The notes beneath the pieces are model-generated. The model searched no databases. It had not been told where the DNA came from and saw only the letters and a list, made by a program, of their open reading frames with translations. Below are positions 37,508 through 47,555 of a stretch of 64,000 nt of DNA, in pieces. The translations under genes and the position numbers were made by a program. Each line of letters opens with the position of its first letter. The stretch's first letter is position 1. Source of the stretch: Eubacteriales bacterium (lineage in GTDB: Bacteria; Bacillota; Clostridia; Lachnospirales; JAVBJQ01). The stretch covers positions 20,705 to 84,704 of the forward strand of contig JAVBJQ010000002.1 in NCBI GenBank assembly GCA_031546905.1. The letters run 5' to 3'.

Positions 37508-38251
37508 GTGATTAAAAAAATATTTCTTGGGATCGGAATTTTTTCTATTGCCTTAATGTCAACTTATGATAAAACGAGTGCCCAAAAATATAGTTTATAT
37601 AAAGCTGTTTCAGAGGAAAAAATTCAAGTAACAGCTTCTAAATTAAATGTAAGAAGCGGGGCAGGGAAAGAATTTACTATTATTGGAAATGTGAAAAAAG
37701 GGCAGATTTTAGATGTTATTGGTGGACTTGGAGAATGGTATGTTGTGCACCTACCAGATGATTCAATTGGCGTAGTTTCCAATCAGTATGTAAAAGCATA
37801 TAAAATGGGAACAAAGTCAAATAGTGCAGGTGATAGCTACGATTTAGAAGCTGTTTTTGCAGAAAATAAAGCTAGTGATATAAAAACACTTGAAGATTTA
37901 ATCAATAGTGAGAGAGAAAAATATAAACTTCCTAAATTTACATTTGATGAAAAAATAAATGAAATAGCAGAATTAAAAGCAAATGATATGTCGACCAATC
38001 ATTATTTAAGCCATGATTCGGAAAAATATGGAACACCTTTTGAAATGTTAAAACAGTTCGGTGTGCTATATAAAAATGCAAGTGAAAATATTGCTGGAAA
38101 TAAAAGTGTCACATCGGCACACAATCAATTTATGGGTAGCATGAGTCATCGGGTAAATATATTAAATCCCAATTTCAATAAAATGGGAATCGGCATTGTC
38201 AATGACGCTAAGTATGGAAAAGTAATTGTAGAAATGTTTGTGGAACAATAG
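37508..38251 (+). CDS. Secreted SH3b + CAP/SCP (YkwD-like) domain protein
   Basis: Signal peptide, SH3_3-like segment (LNVRSGAGKEFTIIGNVKKGQILDV), and a C-terminal CAP motif (HRVNILNPNFNKMGIG). GTG start after AAGGAG. Confidence 0.8.
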   Translation: MIKKIFLGIGIFSIALMSTYDKTSAQKYSLYKAVSEEKIQVTASKLNVRSGAGKEFTIIGNVKKGQILDVIGGLGEWYVVHLPDDSIGVVSNQYVKAYKMGTKSNSAGDSYDLEAVFAENKASDIKTLEDLINSEREKYKLPKFTFDEKINEIAELKANDMSTNHYLSHDSEKYGTPFEMLKQFGVLYKNASENIAGNKSVTSAHNQFMGSMSHRVNILNPNFNKMGIGIVNDAKYGKVIVEMFVEQ

Positions 38252-38274
38252 ATTTAAAAAGAAGTGTAAGAACA

Positions 38275-38317
38275 TAAAAAAAATTCGCTATCGTAAAATT
38301 ACGGCGAATTTTTTTAT
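38275..38317. terminator. Bidirectional terminator between the SH3/CAP gene and the SCP2-fusion gene
   Basis: AATTCGC..CGTA-AAAT-TACG..GCGAATT flanked by an A-run and a T-run. Confidence 0.72.
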
Positions 38318-38328
38318 TTTCTTATCTA

Positions 38329-39456
38329 TTAGATTCTTTTAAACAATTGATCAAGTTTTGTCAAAAGAACAAAATTTCCTCGCACTTTTAATTGTCCAAT
38401 CATAAACGCCTTTTGGGCAGTATATTTTCCTTTTAAAATATCAACCCAAATTTCTGCGGTAGTTAATATAGTAATGTCTGGTGTTTCTATGGTGCCTTCT
38501 TCCACCCTACACTCATTATTTCCAAGTGTTAAATAGCAGTCAAAGGTTTCACTACCGCTAATAATGAGTTGAATAGTAGCCTCAAAATTTCCAGCCAAAT
38601 GAGGCTGATAATAATGGGGTAAGCTGTGAGTCATTTGCTTACAGGTTTTTGCATGATGAACTACTTTAGGGGTAGGCTTTTTATAGGTAAATGGTATATC
38701 TAAGTCTGTTTTAATTTGACTGTCTGTATTTAATTTTTTAGAAAATAAATTTGTTATTTCCTCAATATCTTTTTGTTGATATTCATTAAAGGTGTCAAAA
38801 TTAATTTTTTGATACAGCTCCGTTTTTGGAATCTTCGAAGGCGCTTCTTTTGGAATAATTGTAGAAAGGTCAGCGGTATGAAGATCCATCGGTATAGGAG
38901 CACTAGAAAATAAAGATTCACTGGAAGCAATGTATTTTCTGTTTTGTTTACAAATCCGATAAAAGTCCTCTGAATTTTTTTCAATTATTTCTTGCAGTTC
39001 GTTACTTTTTCCAATCATTTTTTGATATTTTCCACCTAATGAAACTCTTGAAACTTCATGGCCACCTAAAATACCAATAAATCGGGACAAATAATCAGAA
39101 ACTTCTCGATCACTGTAATTTTCCGCAACAGTTACAATAAAGCAGTGTTTTTCAGCAATAGAATTGGCATACATGGGTATTTGAAAATGTTCCATAAAAG
39201 ATTTCATAATGGCATTTATTGAAAATCCGATGGAAGTAGTAGCGAAGATAACGCAATCACTAGATTTAATTTGTTCCATACAATCAGTTACAACTTGAGA
39301 TTCAATACCATCACAAAAAGGTATTTGGCTGTATGCTAGGTTTATTTCTGAAACAGTTACACCAAGCTCTGAAAGGGTTGCGTAAATACTTTTTAAAACA
39401 GCGGATAAGCCATAGTCATAACCAGGCATAGCACCATAAAGGGCAGTTACTTTCAT
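38329..39456 (-). CDS. Flavodoxin-like-fold protein fused to a C-terminal SCP2 sterol-carrier-like domain
   Basis: N-terminal ~150 aa resemble NAD(P)H-dependent FMN-reductase/flavodoxin-like proteins. C-terminal ...AQKAFMIGQLKVRGNFVLLTKLDQLF is a typical SCP2 ending. Confidence 0.6.
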   Translation of the reverse strand: MKVTALYGAMPGYDYGLSAVLKSIYATLSELGVTVSEINLAYSQIPFCDGIESQVVTDCMEQIKSSDCVIFATTSIGFSINAIMKSFMEHFQIPMYANSIAEKHCFIVTVAENYSDREVSDYLSRFIGILGGHEVSRVSLGGKYQKMIGKSNELQEIIEKNSEDFYRICKQNRKYIASSESLFSSAPIPMDLHTADLSTIIPKEAPSKIPKTELYQKINFDTFNEYQQKDIEEITNLFSKKLNTDSQIKTDLDIPFTYKKPTPKVVHHAKTCKQMTHSLPHYYQPHLAGNFEATIQLIISGSETFDCYLTLGNNECRVEEGTIETPDITILTTAEIWVDILKGKYTAQKAFMIGQLKVRGNFVLLTKLDQLFKRI

Positions 39457-39473
39457 AAAAAATCTCTCCGTTT

Positions 39474-41036
39474 CTAACGCATAGGTGGTAATTCAAAATC
39501 GTTAAACCATGAATCAAAAAATGTATCAAGACTTCCTCCGTAAATTTCCTCGCAGGTTTTTACAAGGCTATCTTTATTTACAACTTTAAATGAATATTCT
39601 GCATAATATTTTTTTAGAAATTCATCAAATTTCTCATCACCCATTAATTTTTTTAAGTTATAAAACATAAGTTTTGAACGTAAATATTGAACATTATAAT
39701 AATCAGACCATTTTGTATAAACGCTTAAATCTTTTAGTAAGGTTTTGTCTTCTATATTTTTTAAGTTCACAGAAAGGTTGGCATATGTTTTCTTCATTTG
39801 GGCATCAATTTCATGATCGGAATAAAAAATATATTCTTGTAGTAAAACAGCCAGTCCTTCGTCTATCCAAGCTTCTTTGATTTGATTGTTTCCAATGATG
39901 TTATAAAACCATTGGTGAGAAACTTCGTGGGCAAGACTAATAATTGAGCGGCTATTTTTAATATAATCTGAATCAAGCATAATAAATTGAGGATATTCCA
40001 TACCCCCAGCTAAAAACAGTTCGGTCTCTACAATATCTAAAGATTGGTAAGGGTAGGTACCTATTTTGTTGCTGTAATAATCTAACGCCTTATTTGCTAC
40101 TTCTAAAAATTCATTTATATTTTTAATGTCAGAATAATGATAAAAATTTACGGTAACACCACTTTTGGATTGAATCGAAGAAAGTTGATATTGATTGCCA
40201 ATGGCAAAAGCAAAATCTCGTACTAACTTAGCCGTAATGGTGGTAACTTTTTTGTTGTCGTCAATCATGTTCTTTTCAGAACCTGTTGCAATAACGGTGT
40301 AGTCGGTAGGGGTTGTTATTTTAACGGTATAATTTGAGATTTCAGAATAAAATGGGTCGCCAGCAGGGTAATAAGGCTCATTGTGCCAACCAAATTCATC
40401 ATAAACAGATAAAGAAGGAATAAAATTTCCAAACCAAATTGCAGAGTCATTAGCGCCAGTTCTGTGGCAAATTTTTGGTATGTAACTTTCAAACTGAATA
40501 GTAAGCTCAAGCTCAGCCTCAGGAGGCAACGGTTCTTTAAAATTAACCAAAAGGGTAGCATTTTTTAAATTAAAATTAACATCAGCATTATTAATGGTAG
40601 CAGATAAAACCTTGGTATATCCATAATCTTTACCATATTTAAAAATTTTATTAGCAAATTCATCAAAATAAGGCTTGATGGGAACATCTTTTTGAAAGGC
40701 ATTGGAATATATATGTAAATATATTTTATCCATTGGTTCTTTGGTTTTATTTTTAAACTTTATTTTTTCAACCCCAACGGCAGTTCTTTTTTCTGGATCG
40801 ATATCAAGGGTAACGGCGTATTCGTTGTAATAGGGTTTTACTTCCTGCACTTCTGCCATCGTATTTTGAGGAGACATAGGCTCAGCAACCGATTGTTCCA
40901 TAGAAGAATTTTTTGTGTTAGCACTCATGGTACTATCGCTTATGGTAATAGAAGAAATTTCTTTGGAGGAGTTGTTACAGGCAGTTAAAATAAAAGAACA
41001 GATGAAAATAAACAATAAGTTTTTATAAAATTTAAT
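39474..41036 (-). CDS. M1-family zinc metallopeptidase (aminopeptidase N-like) lipoprotein
   Basis: HEVSHQWF...WIDEGLA (HExxH-18-E) and the lipobox LTAC. The track starts at TTG 41015. I extend to ATT 41036..41034, which has an AGAGGTG SD (see finding). Confidence 0.82.
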   Translation of the reverse strand: MKFYKNLLFIFICSFILTACNNSSKEISSITISDSTMSANTKNSSMEQSVAEPMSPQNTMAEVQEVKPYYNEYAVTLDIDPEKRTAVGVEKIKFKNKTKEPMDKIYLHIYSNAFQKDVPIKPYFDEFANKIFKYGKDYGYTKVLSATINNADVNFNLKNATLLVNFKEPLPPEAELELTIQFESYIPKICHRTGANDSAIWFGNFIPSLSVYDEFGWHNEPYYPAGDPFYSEISNYTVKITTPTDYTVIATGSEKNMIDDNKKVTTITAKLVRDFAFAIGNQYQLSSIQSKSGVTVNFYHYSDIKNINEFLEVANKALDYYSNKIGTYPYQSLDIVETELFLAGGMEYPQFIMLDSDYIKNSRSIISLAHEVSHQWFYNIIGNNQIKEAWIDEGLAVLLQEYIFYSDHEIDAQMKKTYANLSVNLKNIEDKTLLKDLSVYTKWSDYYNVQYLRSKLMFYNLKKLMGDEKFDEFLKKYYAEYSFKVVNKDSLVKTCEEIYGGSLDTFFDSWFNDFELPPMR

Positions 41037-41260
41037 AAGAGCACCTCTTTTCTTGTCAAATGATTTGGAACGCTATCAAAAAAGAATAGTTTTAAAATTA
41101 AAAAAATATGTTAAAATATTATAACACGTAAGTAAAGAAAGTTTCAATTAATTTTCTATAAATACACTGTCAGTGGTTGAATGGAGTGGGGTTTTTGGTT
41201 TTTTTGAAAAAATATTGACCCACCTAATTCATTGTCAGTAGAAAAACAGGAGTGAGCATT

Positions 41261-42328
41261 TTGAAGAAAATAATTCTAACAGGAGGGGGAACAGCAGGAC
41301 ATGTAACCCCAAACATAGCTTTGTTGCCAAAACTTCAGAAGGAAGGTTTTGAAATACATTACATTGGAAGCCGAAATGGAATGGAAAAAAAAATAATAGA
41401 AGATTTAGGTATCAAATATTATGGCATATCTTCTGGTAAATTAAGAAGGTATATGGATATAAAAAATTTTACAGATGCCTTTAGAATTGTAAAAGGGTTG
41501 GCCGAGGCGATATTGTTAATTAATAAAATAAAACCAAATATTGTTTTTTCAAAAGGTGGTTTTGTGACAGTTCCTGTCATCATGGGAGCCAGCTTTAAAA
41601 AAGTTCCTGTTATTATACATGAATCGGACATTACCCCTGGGCTTGCCAATAAAATTGCAATGCCCTTTTCGAAAGTAGTTTGTACTTCTTTTCCTGAAAC
41701 AGTAAAAAGTATTCCCAAGGGAAAAGGCATTTGCACAGGGTCTCCAATTCGTGAGGAACTGTTAACTGGAAAAAAAGAAAATGGATTAAAAATTTGTGGA
41801 TTTCATAAGGAAAAACCTGTTATAATGGTAATGGGCGGGAGCTTAGGCTCTGTAAAAATGAATCATTTTGTCAGAGAATGTTTGGAGGAACTGCTTTTAA
41901 AATTTCAAATTATTCATCTATGTGGAAAAGGAAATATAGATGAGAATTTAAAAAATAAAAAAGGATATATTCAATTTGAATATATTTCAAATGAATTGCC
42001 CCATATGATGCAAGCTTCTGAGATTATTATTTCAAGAGCGGGTTCAAATTCAATTTTTGAATTTCTTGTGTTAGAAAAGCCAAGCATTTTAATTCCTCTT
42101 TCTAAAAATGCAAGTAGAGGTGATCAAATTTTAAATGCAGAATCTTTTCAAAAACAAGGTTTCTGTGAAGTAATAGAAGAAGAAAATTTAGATTCACAAG
42201 GGCTATTAAAACAAATAGAAAATGTTTATAACAACCGTGAAACATATAAAGAAAAGATGAAAAACGCATCCACCTCAAAAGGTGTAGATGAAATTATGAA
42301 TATAATAAGAAAAAATATAAATAAGTAG
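41261..42328 (+). CDS. murG: UDP-N-acetylglucosamine--N-acetylmuramyl-(pentapeptide) pyrophosphoryl-undecaprenol GlcNAc transferase
   Basis: N-terminal GGGTAGHVTPN motif and GT28 architecture. Start placed at TTG 41261, after AGGAGTG. Confidence 0.88.
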   Translation: MKKIILTGGGTAGHVTPNIALLPKLQKEGFEIHYIGSRNGMEKKIIEDLGIKYYGISSGKLRRYMDIKNFTDAFRIVKGLAEAILLINKIKPNIVFSKGGFVTVPVIMGASFKKVPVIIHESDITPGLANKIAMPFSKVVCTSFPETVKSIPKGKGICTGSPIREELLTGKKENGLKICGFHKEKPVIMVMGGSLGSVKMNHFVRECLEELLLKFQIIHLCGKGNIDENLKNKKGYIQFEYISNELPHMMQASEIIISRAGSNSIFEFLVLEKPSILIPLSKNASRGDQILNAESFQKQGFCEVIEEENLDSQGLLKQIENVYNNRETYKEKMKNASTSKGVDEIMNIIRKNINK

Positions 42329-42337
42329 GTGTTGAAG

Positions 42338-43510
42338 ATGAGAACGAATGATTTATATGAAAAGTTTTTAGCTATATTTGGCAAAAGCACAAAAGAAACT
42401 CATTTTTTTCATTCTCCAGGGAGAGTAAATTTAATTGGAGAGCATACGGATTATAACGGAGGTTTTGTTTTTCCTTGTGCACTTTCCGTAGGAACGTATG
42501 CAGTTATTCGCAAGCGTGACGATCATAAAATAAAATTTGCATCTACAAATTTTGAACTAGCAGTTGAAGTGGATATCCATGAGGTAGTATTTGACAAAAA
42601 GCATGATTGGGCAAATTATCCAAAAGGTGTTGTAAAAGAACTTTTAAATACTGGGGTTGCATTTTCAGGGTTTGAAATTTTATTTAGCGGAAATATTCCA
42701 AACGGTGCAGGATTATCTTCTTCGGCGTCCATTGAACTTTGTATGGCGGTTGCCTTAAATGACCTGTTTCATTTAAAAAAAGAAATGCTAGAGATGGTTA
42801 AACTTTCACAAAAAGCTGAAAATAATTTTGTGGGATTAAATTGTGGTATTATGGATCAGTTTGCTGTTGGCATGGGTAAAAAAGACATGGCAATGTTTCT
42901 TGACTGCAAAAGTTTACAGTATGATTATGTTCCTATCAAGCTTGACAACCATTTACTTATTATTGCAGATACCAATAAGCGTCGTGGACTTGCGGATTCT
43001 AAGTATAATGAACGAAGAAGTGAGTGTGAAACCGCCGTTGATTTGTTAAAAAATAAAATAGAAATAACTTGTTTAGGGGACTGTACGATTGAACAATTCA
43101 ATCAACATAAGTTCCTCATCGAGAATGAGACCGTTAGAAAAAGAGCAGAGCACGTTGTTTATGAAGATGAAAGAACATTCACGGCAACAAAAATGTTAAA
43201 AGAAGGCGACCTTTCTTCTTTTGGTAAATTAATGAACGAATCTCACCAATCATTAAAAGAACTTTATGAAGTTACTGGTGTAGAACTTGACACCATGGTT
43301 TCTTTAGCCCAACAAGCGAAAGGTGTTTTAGGTGCAAGAATGACAGGTGCAGGTTTTGGGGGGTGCACAGTTAGTATTGTAGAAAAAGAACACGTGGAAA
43401 AATTTAAAAGTGAAGTTGGAAATGGCTATCAAGCAAGAATAGGGTTACAAGCAGCATTTTATGAAGTTGAAATAGGGGATGGAGCAAGGGAAGTAGAAGG
43501 GGGCATTTAA
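42338..43510 (+). CDS. galK: Galactokinase
   Basis: GRVNLIGEHTDYNGG signature, GHMP motif PNGAGLSSSAS, and C-terminal GAGFGGC. Confidence 0.95.
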   Translation: MRTNDLYEKFLAIFGKSTKETHFFHSPGRVNLIGEHTDYNGGFVFPCALSVGTYAVIRKRDDHKIKFASTNFELAVEVDIHEVVFDKKHDWANYPKGVVKELLNTGVAFSGFEILFSGNIPNGAGLSSSASIELCMAVALNDLFHLKKEMLEMVKLSQKAENNFVGLNCGIMDQFAVGMGKKDMAMFLDCKSLQYDYVPIKLDNHLLIIADTNKRRGLADSKYNERRSECETAVDLLKNKIEITCLGDCTIEQFNQHKFLIENETVRKRAEHVVYEDERTFTATKMLKEGDLSSFGKLMNESHQSLKELYEVTGVELDTMVSLAQQAKGVLGARMTGAGFGGCTVSIVEKEHVEKFKSEVGNGYQARIGLQAAFYEVEIGDGAREVEGGI

Positions 43511-44494
43511 ATGAAAATTTTAGTTTGTGGCGGTGCTGGTTACATAGGAAGTCATACAATAGCAGAACTTCTTGAAAAAGGCTACGAGGTTATCGCAATC
43601 GATAATTTAGGAACAGGTCATGAAAAAGCTGTTTTTCCCGATGCAAAATTATTTGTGGGAGACTTACGAGATGAAAATTTTATGGACAAGGTATTTCGTG
43701 AAAATAAAATAAATGCTGTTATTGATTTCGCAGCGTATTCATTGGTGGGGGAAAGTGTAAGCGAGCCTCTAAAATATTATGAAAATAATATGTATAGCAC
43801 CCTCTGCCTTTTGAAAACAATGAATAAGCATAAGGTTCAAAATATTGTTTTCTCTTCCACTGCTGCTGTTTATGGCGAGCCGGAGAATATTCCCATTTTA
43901 GAAAAAGATAAAACATTTCCCAAAAATCCATACGGACAAACAAAACTTGCAGTAGAGGATATGTTAAAATGGTGTGATGGTGCTTATGGAATAAAACACG
44001 CTGTTTTACGATATTTTAATGCGGCGGGAGCACATAAAACTGGCGTTATTGGAGAGGATCATAATCCAGAGACCCATTTAATTCCCAATGTTTTAAAAGC
44101 TGCATTAGGAGAAGCTGAACAAATAAAAATTTTTGGCACAGATTACGATACACCGGATGGAACTTGTGTAAGAGACTATGTTCATGTTACAGATTTAGCA
44201 AACGCCCATATTCTTTCTGTAGAGAAAATTATGAAAGATAATGTTAGTGTAACATATAATTTAGGTAGCGGAACAGGGTTTTCTGTTCGTGAAGTAATTG
44301 AAACTGCCAAAAAAGTTACAGGACGGACCATTAAAGTGGAAGAATGTGAAAGACGCCCTGGAGACCCGTCAACACTCATTGCTTCTTCTGAAAAAATAAA
44401 AAGGGAATTAAATTGGAATCCAAAATATACAGAAATGGAGTACATCATCAGTTCTGCTTGGAAGTGGCACAGCAATCACCCAAAAGGATATTAG
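43511..44494 (+). CDS. galE: UDP-glucose 4-epimerase
   Basis: GGAGYIGSH, the YGxxK catalytic motif (YGQTKLAVE), and DGTCVRDYVHV. Confidence 0.95.
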   Translation: MKILVCGGAGYIGSHTIAELLEKGYEVIAIDNLGTGHEKAVFPDAKLFVGDLRDENFMDKVFRENKINAVIDFAAYSLVGESVSEPLKYYENNMYSTLCLLKTMNKHKVQNIVFSSTAAVYGEPENIPILEKDKTFPKNPYGQTKLAVEDMLKWCDGAYGIKHAVLRYFNAAGAHKTGVIGEDHNPETHLIPNVLKAALGEAEQIKIFGTDYDTPDGTCVRDYVHVTDLANAHILSVEKIMKDNVSVTYNLGSGTGFSVREVIETAKKVTGRTIKVEECERRPGDPSTLIASSEKIKRELNWNPKYTEMEYIISSAWKWHSNHPKGY

Positions 44495-44497
44495 TAA

Positions 44498-44581
44498 AGT
44501 TTGATAAAACGTAGATTAGATAGTTATGTTTTATCAAACTACTATAAGATAAAGCGAGTTCTTGGTGAACTCGCTTTATCT
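44498..44581. terminator. Two tandem hairpins between the convergent galE and D-Ala-D-Ala carboxypeptidase genes
   Basis: AGTTTGATAAAAC/GTTTTATCAAACT (44498-44540) and AGATAAAGCGAGTTC/GAACTCGCTTTATCT (44547-44581). The U-tracts are poor, so terminator function is uncertain. Confidence 0.4.
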
Positions 44582-45910
44582 ATATTTAAAAGAAACACGT
44601 TTTCTTTTTTTTACTTTTGAATTTCTAAGTCTAATGGTGACTCCACAAGCAAAGGAAAAGACGATTAACGTACCTACGACTTTCCCTGCCAAAATTAAAT
44701 TCTTTTTTAGCTTTTCTTTATTTTTTTTGGCAGTGAGAATATTTTCGTCGATACCTGGAACAGAATCTTTCGCTAAAATATCAGCACTTCCTAATGTTGT
44801 CCCGTCGTAAGAAAAATTTATGGTACCGATTTTTTGATTTTTCTCAACTGGTGAAATAATATTTTTAGGCAAATTTACAGATGTAACGATTTTACTTAAA
44901 TCGGCTGTTCTGGGAAGCACAGAATACACATCATGATCTGCAACTAAATCTAATTTTCCCAAATCAATCGTATCATTTTCAAATTTTTGTATAACATCTG
45001 TACTACTTGCATAATTTTTTGAATTAAAAATATTTGTTTCGGTCATTAAACCAAACCCATATTCAAGCAAATTTTTTGTATCTACATAAGGACCTTCTTT
45101 TGTATCTTTTAAAACAACAGAAATTAATTCTATGTCTCCTTTTTTTCCATAAGCAACAAGGGTATGTTGTGCAGCATCGGTAAATCCTGTTTTGCCACCA
45201 ACACAATATTCATAATAATTTGGTGACCATTTTTGAATTAATTTATTGCTGTTGCTTAAATACCTAGTTTCCGTTTGCTTGTTGGTAGGCGGTATTTGAT
45301 AAGTGGCAGTTGCAATTACTTTCTTAAACTCATCATATTGAATGGCAGCTTTCATAATTAAAGCCATGTCATATGCTGTAACATAATGATTTTCATTTGG
45401 CAATCCGTTTGGATTCATAAAATTTGAATTTACCGCCCCAATTTCTTTTGCTTTTTTATTCATATGTTTTACAAAATCCTCTAAAGTCCCATCTAACTTT
45501 TCTGACACAGCAATACAAACTTCATTTGCAGAGGGAAGAAGCATTCCATAAAGTGCTTGTTCCAGTGTTATTTGTTCCCCTTCCACCATTCCAATGTGGC
45601 TACTGCCACGCTCAATGCCAAAAACTGCTTCATGAGAATGGGTCACCACTTCATCAAATTTTCCATATTCGCAAGCAAGCAATGATGTCATCACTTTTGT
45701 TATACTAGCAGGATATTGTTTTTTATTCATATTTTTATCAAATAAAACAAGGCCTGTTTTGGCATCAATTAATACAGCAGAATCAGCTAAGACAGTAGGT
45801 GGTGAAGGAATATTATTTTCTGTAGCCATTATTTTTACGTTTGGTATAGAAAAATTTATAAATAGACTATATAATACAATAGTAATAAAAAAGCATTTTG
45901 TTTTTTTCAT
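44576..45910 (-). CDS. D-alanyl-D-alanine carboxypeptidase (S11 family PBP5-type) with a C-terminal membrane anchor
   Basis: Signal peptide, SITK (SxxK), SANE (SxN) and KTG motifs. Confidence 0.9.
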   Translation of the reverse strand: MKKTKCFFITIVLYSLFINFSIPNVKIMATENNIPSPPTVLADSAVLIDAKTGLVLFDKNMNKKQYPASITKVMTSLLACEYGKFDEVVTHSHEAVFGIERGSSHIGMVEGEQITLEQALYGMLLPSANEVCIAVSEKLDGTLEDFVKHMNKKAKEIGAVNSNFMNPNGLPNENHYVTAYDMALIMKAAIQYDEFKKVIATATYQIPPTNKQTETRYLSNSNKLIQKWSPNYYEYCVGGKTGFTDAAQHTLVAYGKKGDIELISVVLKDTKEGPYVDTKNLLEYGFGLMTETNIFNSKNYASSTDVIQKFENDTIDLGKLDLVADHDVYSVLPRTADLSKIVTSVNLPKNIISPVEKNQKIGTINFSYDGTTLGSADILAKDSVPGIDENILTAKKNKEKLKKNLILAGKVVGTLIVFSFACGVTIRLRNSKVKKRKRVSFKYR

Positions 45911-46073
45911 GTGAAGTCTCCTTGATATAAGAACATTTTATAAAAGATTAAATTCATTTTGGATTTTTATGGAATAAGTGCTAAAAGTATTATAAATACA
46001 AATTGCAAATTTTTCAATTAAAATACAATTAAAAATGAATTAGTATTATTTCAAGTAGTATGATAAAATTTAA

Positions 46074-46116
46074 TTTTAGTGGGATTTAACAAATTTTCCT
46101 TATTAAAGGTTAAACC
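46074..46116 (+). promoter_or_regulatory. Conserved leader motif, copy B (comEA leader)
   Basis: TTTTAGTGGGATTTAACAAAT (19/21 identical to copy E), 14 nt, GTTAAACC. The SD GGGTGA begins 8 nt after the motif. Confidence 0.35.
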
Positions 46117-46135
46117 GCTATTGTGGGTGATTTTT

Positions 46136-46852
46136 TTGAAGATAAATAAAAAACATATCTATATGAGTATTACCATAATATGTATAATTTTATTCGGTTT
46201 TTTATATAAAAATTTCAGTAAAAAGTCTGAGGTGCTTGTTTATAAACCCACAGAAGTTGAGAATACTATAGAGGCAGGAGGAGGAAGCCAAGAACAAGAC
46301 GAAGCAAAATCAAAAAAACAAATTACAGTTTATATATGTGGAGAAGTGAAGAATCCCAATGTGTATCAGTTAGAGGCAGGAAGTAGGTTAATTGATATTA
46401 TTAAACTTGCAGGAGGTCTTACCGATAAAGCGGATCAAGATGTTATCAATCTTGCTGAATACATAGAAGATGCAGAAAAAATAGAAATTCCTAAAATAGT
46501 AGTACCTGTTGAATCAAATACAGAAATTCCAAAAGTAGAAAGTACAATAGTTGAATCGAAAATGCAGCCAAAGCTACAAGAAAAATTTACGGAGCCTGCT
46601 ACAGAAACAATAACATCAAGTAAACAAGCAATAAAAAATAATGTGGTTGAAAAAAGTGCAAAAATTAATCTTAATAAAGCAACACAAACTGAACTAGATG
46701 CACTTCCGGGAATCGGGCCTACTATTGCAACTGCAATTATAGAATATAGGGAGCAACATGGTGGCTTTAAATCAATTGAAGATATTAAAAATGTGAAAAG
46801 AATAGGCGATAAAACCTTTGATAAAATTAAAGGGCTTATTACTGTAAATTAA
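46136..46852 (+). CDS. comEA: Competence protein ComEA (membrane-anchored SLBB + tandem HhH DNA receptor)
   Basis: C-terminal INLNKATQTELDALPGIGPTIATAIIEYREQHGGFKSIEDIKNVKRIGDKTFDKIK. Start placed at TTG 46136 (GGGTGA SD 5 nt upstream) rather than the SD-less GTG at 46079. Confidence 0.85.
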   Translation: MKINKKHIYMSITIICIILFGFLYKNFSKKSEVLVYKPTEVENTIEAGGGSQEQDEAKSKKQITVYICGEVKNPNVYQLEAGSRLIDIIKLAGGLTDKADQDVINLAEYIEDAEKIEIPKIVVPVESNTEIPKVESTIVESKMQPKLQEKFTEPATETITSSKQAIKNNVVEKSAKINLNKATQTELDALPGIGPTIATAIIEYREQHGGFKSIEDIKNVKRIGDKTFDKIKGLITVN

Positions 46853-46865
46853 TCAGGAGGACTAT

Positions 46866-47555
46866 ATGGCTTATAATATTCTTGTTGTAGATGATGAGAA
46901 ATCAATCGTAAAAGGAATAAAATTTGGACTTGAGCAAGACGGCATGGCAGTGAGTGTTGCCTATGATGGAGAAGAAGCACTAAGGCTTGCCAGAGAAAAT
47001 GAATTTAGTCTTATCGTGCTAGATGTTATGCTTCCTAAATTTGATGGGCTTGAAGTCTGTCAACAAATCAGAGAGTTTTCACAAGTTCCGATTATTATGT
47101 GTACGGCAAAAAGTGAAGATTTAGATAAAATCATGGGACTAGAATATGGCGCAGATGATTATATTACAAAACCTTTTAATATTCTTGAGCTAAAAGCAAG
47201 GATAAAAGCAATTTTAAGAAGAAGTATCAAAACCGTTAAAAATATTGAAGCAGAACAGCGGGGTCTCAAAATAAGAGGGCTTGAAATTGACTTTGATTCA
47301 AGACGTGTGTTTATTAACGGAAAGGAAGCAAACTTAACAGCAAAAGAGTTTGACTTGCTAGATCTTTTTATGGAAAACCCAGAAAAGGTTTATTCAAGAG
47401 AAAGTTTGCTGAATACCGTTTGGGGGTTTGACTACCCTGGGGATGTTAGAACGGTTGATGTTCATGTAAGGCGGTTACGTGAAAAAATTGAAGAAAACCC
47501 TAGTGAACCCATGTATATTTATACGAAATGGGGAGTTGGTTATTATTTTAAATAA
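46866..47555 (+). CDS. OmpR-family response regulator
   Basis: Receiver domain (DDE..., LDVMLP, TAK) plus a winged-helix output domain (VDVHVRRLREKIE). Confidence 0.93.
   Translation: MAYNILVVDDEKSIVKGIKFGLEQDGMAVSVAYDGEEALRLARENEFSLIVLDVMLPKFDGLEVCQQIREFSQVPIIMCTAKSEDLDKIMGLEYGADDYITKPFNILELKARIKAILRRSIKTVKNIEAEQRGLKIRGLEIDFDSRRVFINGKEANLTAKEFDLLDLFMENPEKVYSRESLLNTVWGFDYPGDVRTVDVHVRRLREKIEENPSEPMYIYTKWGVGYYFK

Noticed and set aside
42338-44494. galK-galE without galT, directly behind murG
   Set aside because: It looked like an incomplete Leloir pathway, but galT may simply be encoded elsewhere. That cannot be judged from one window.
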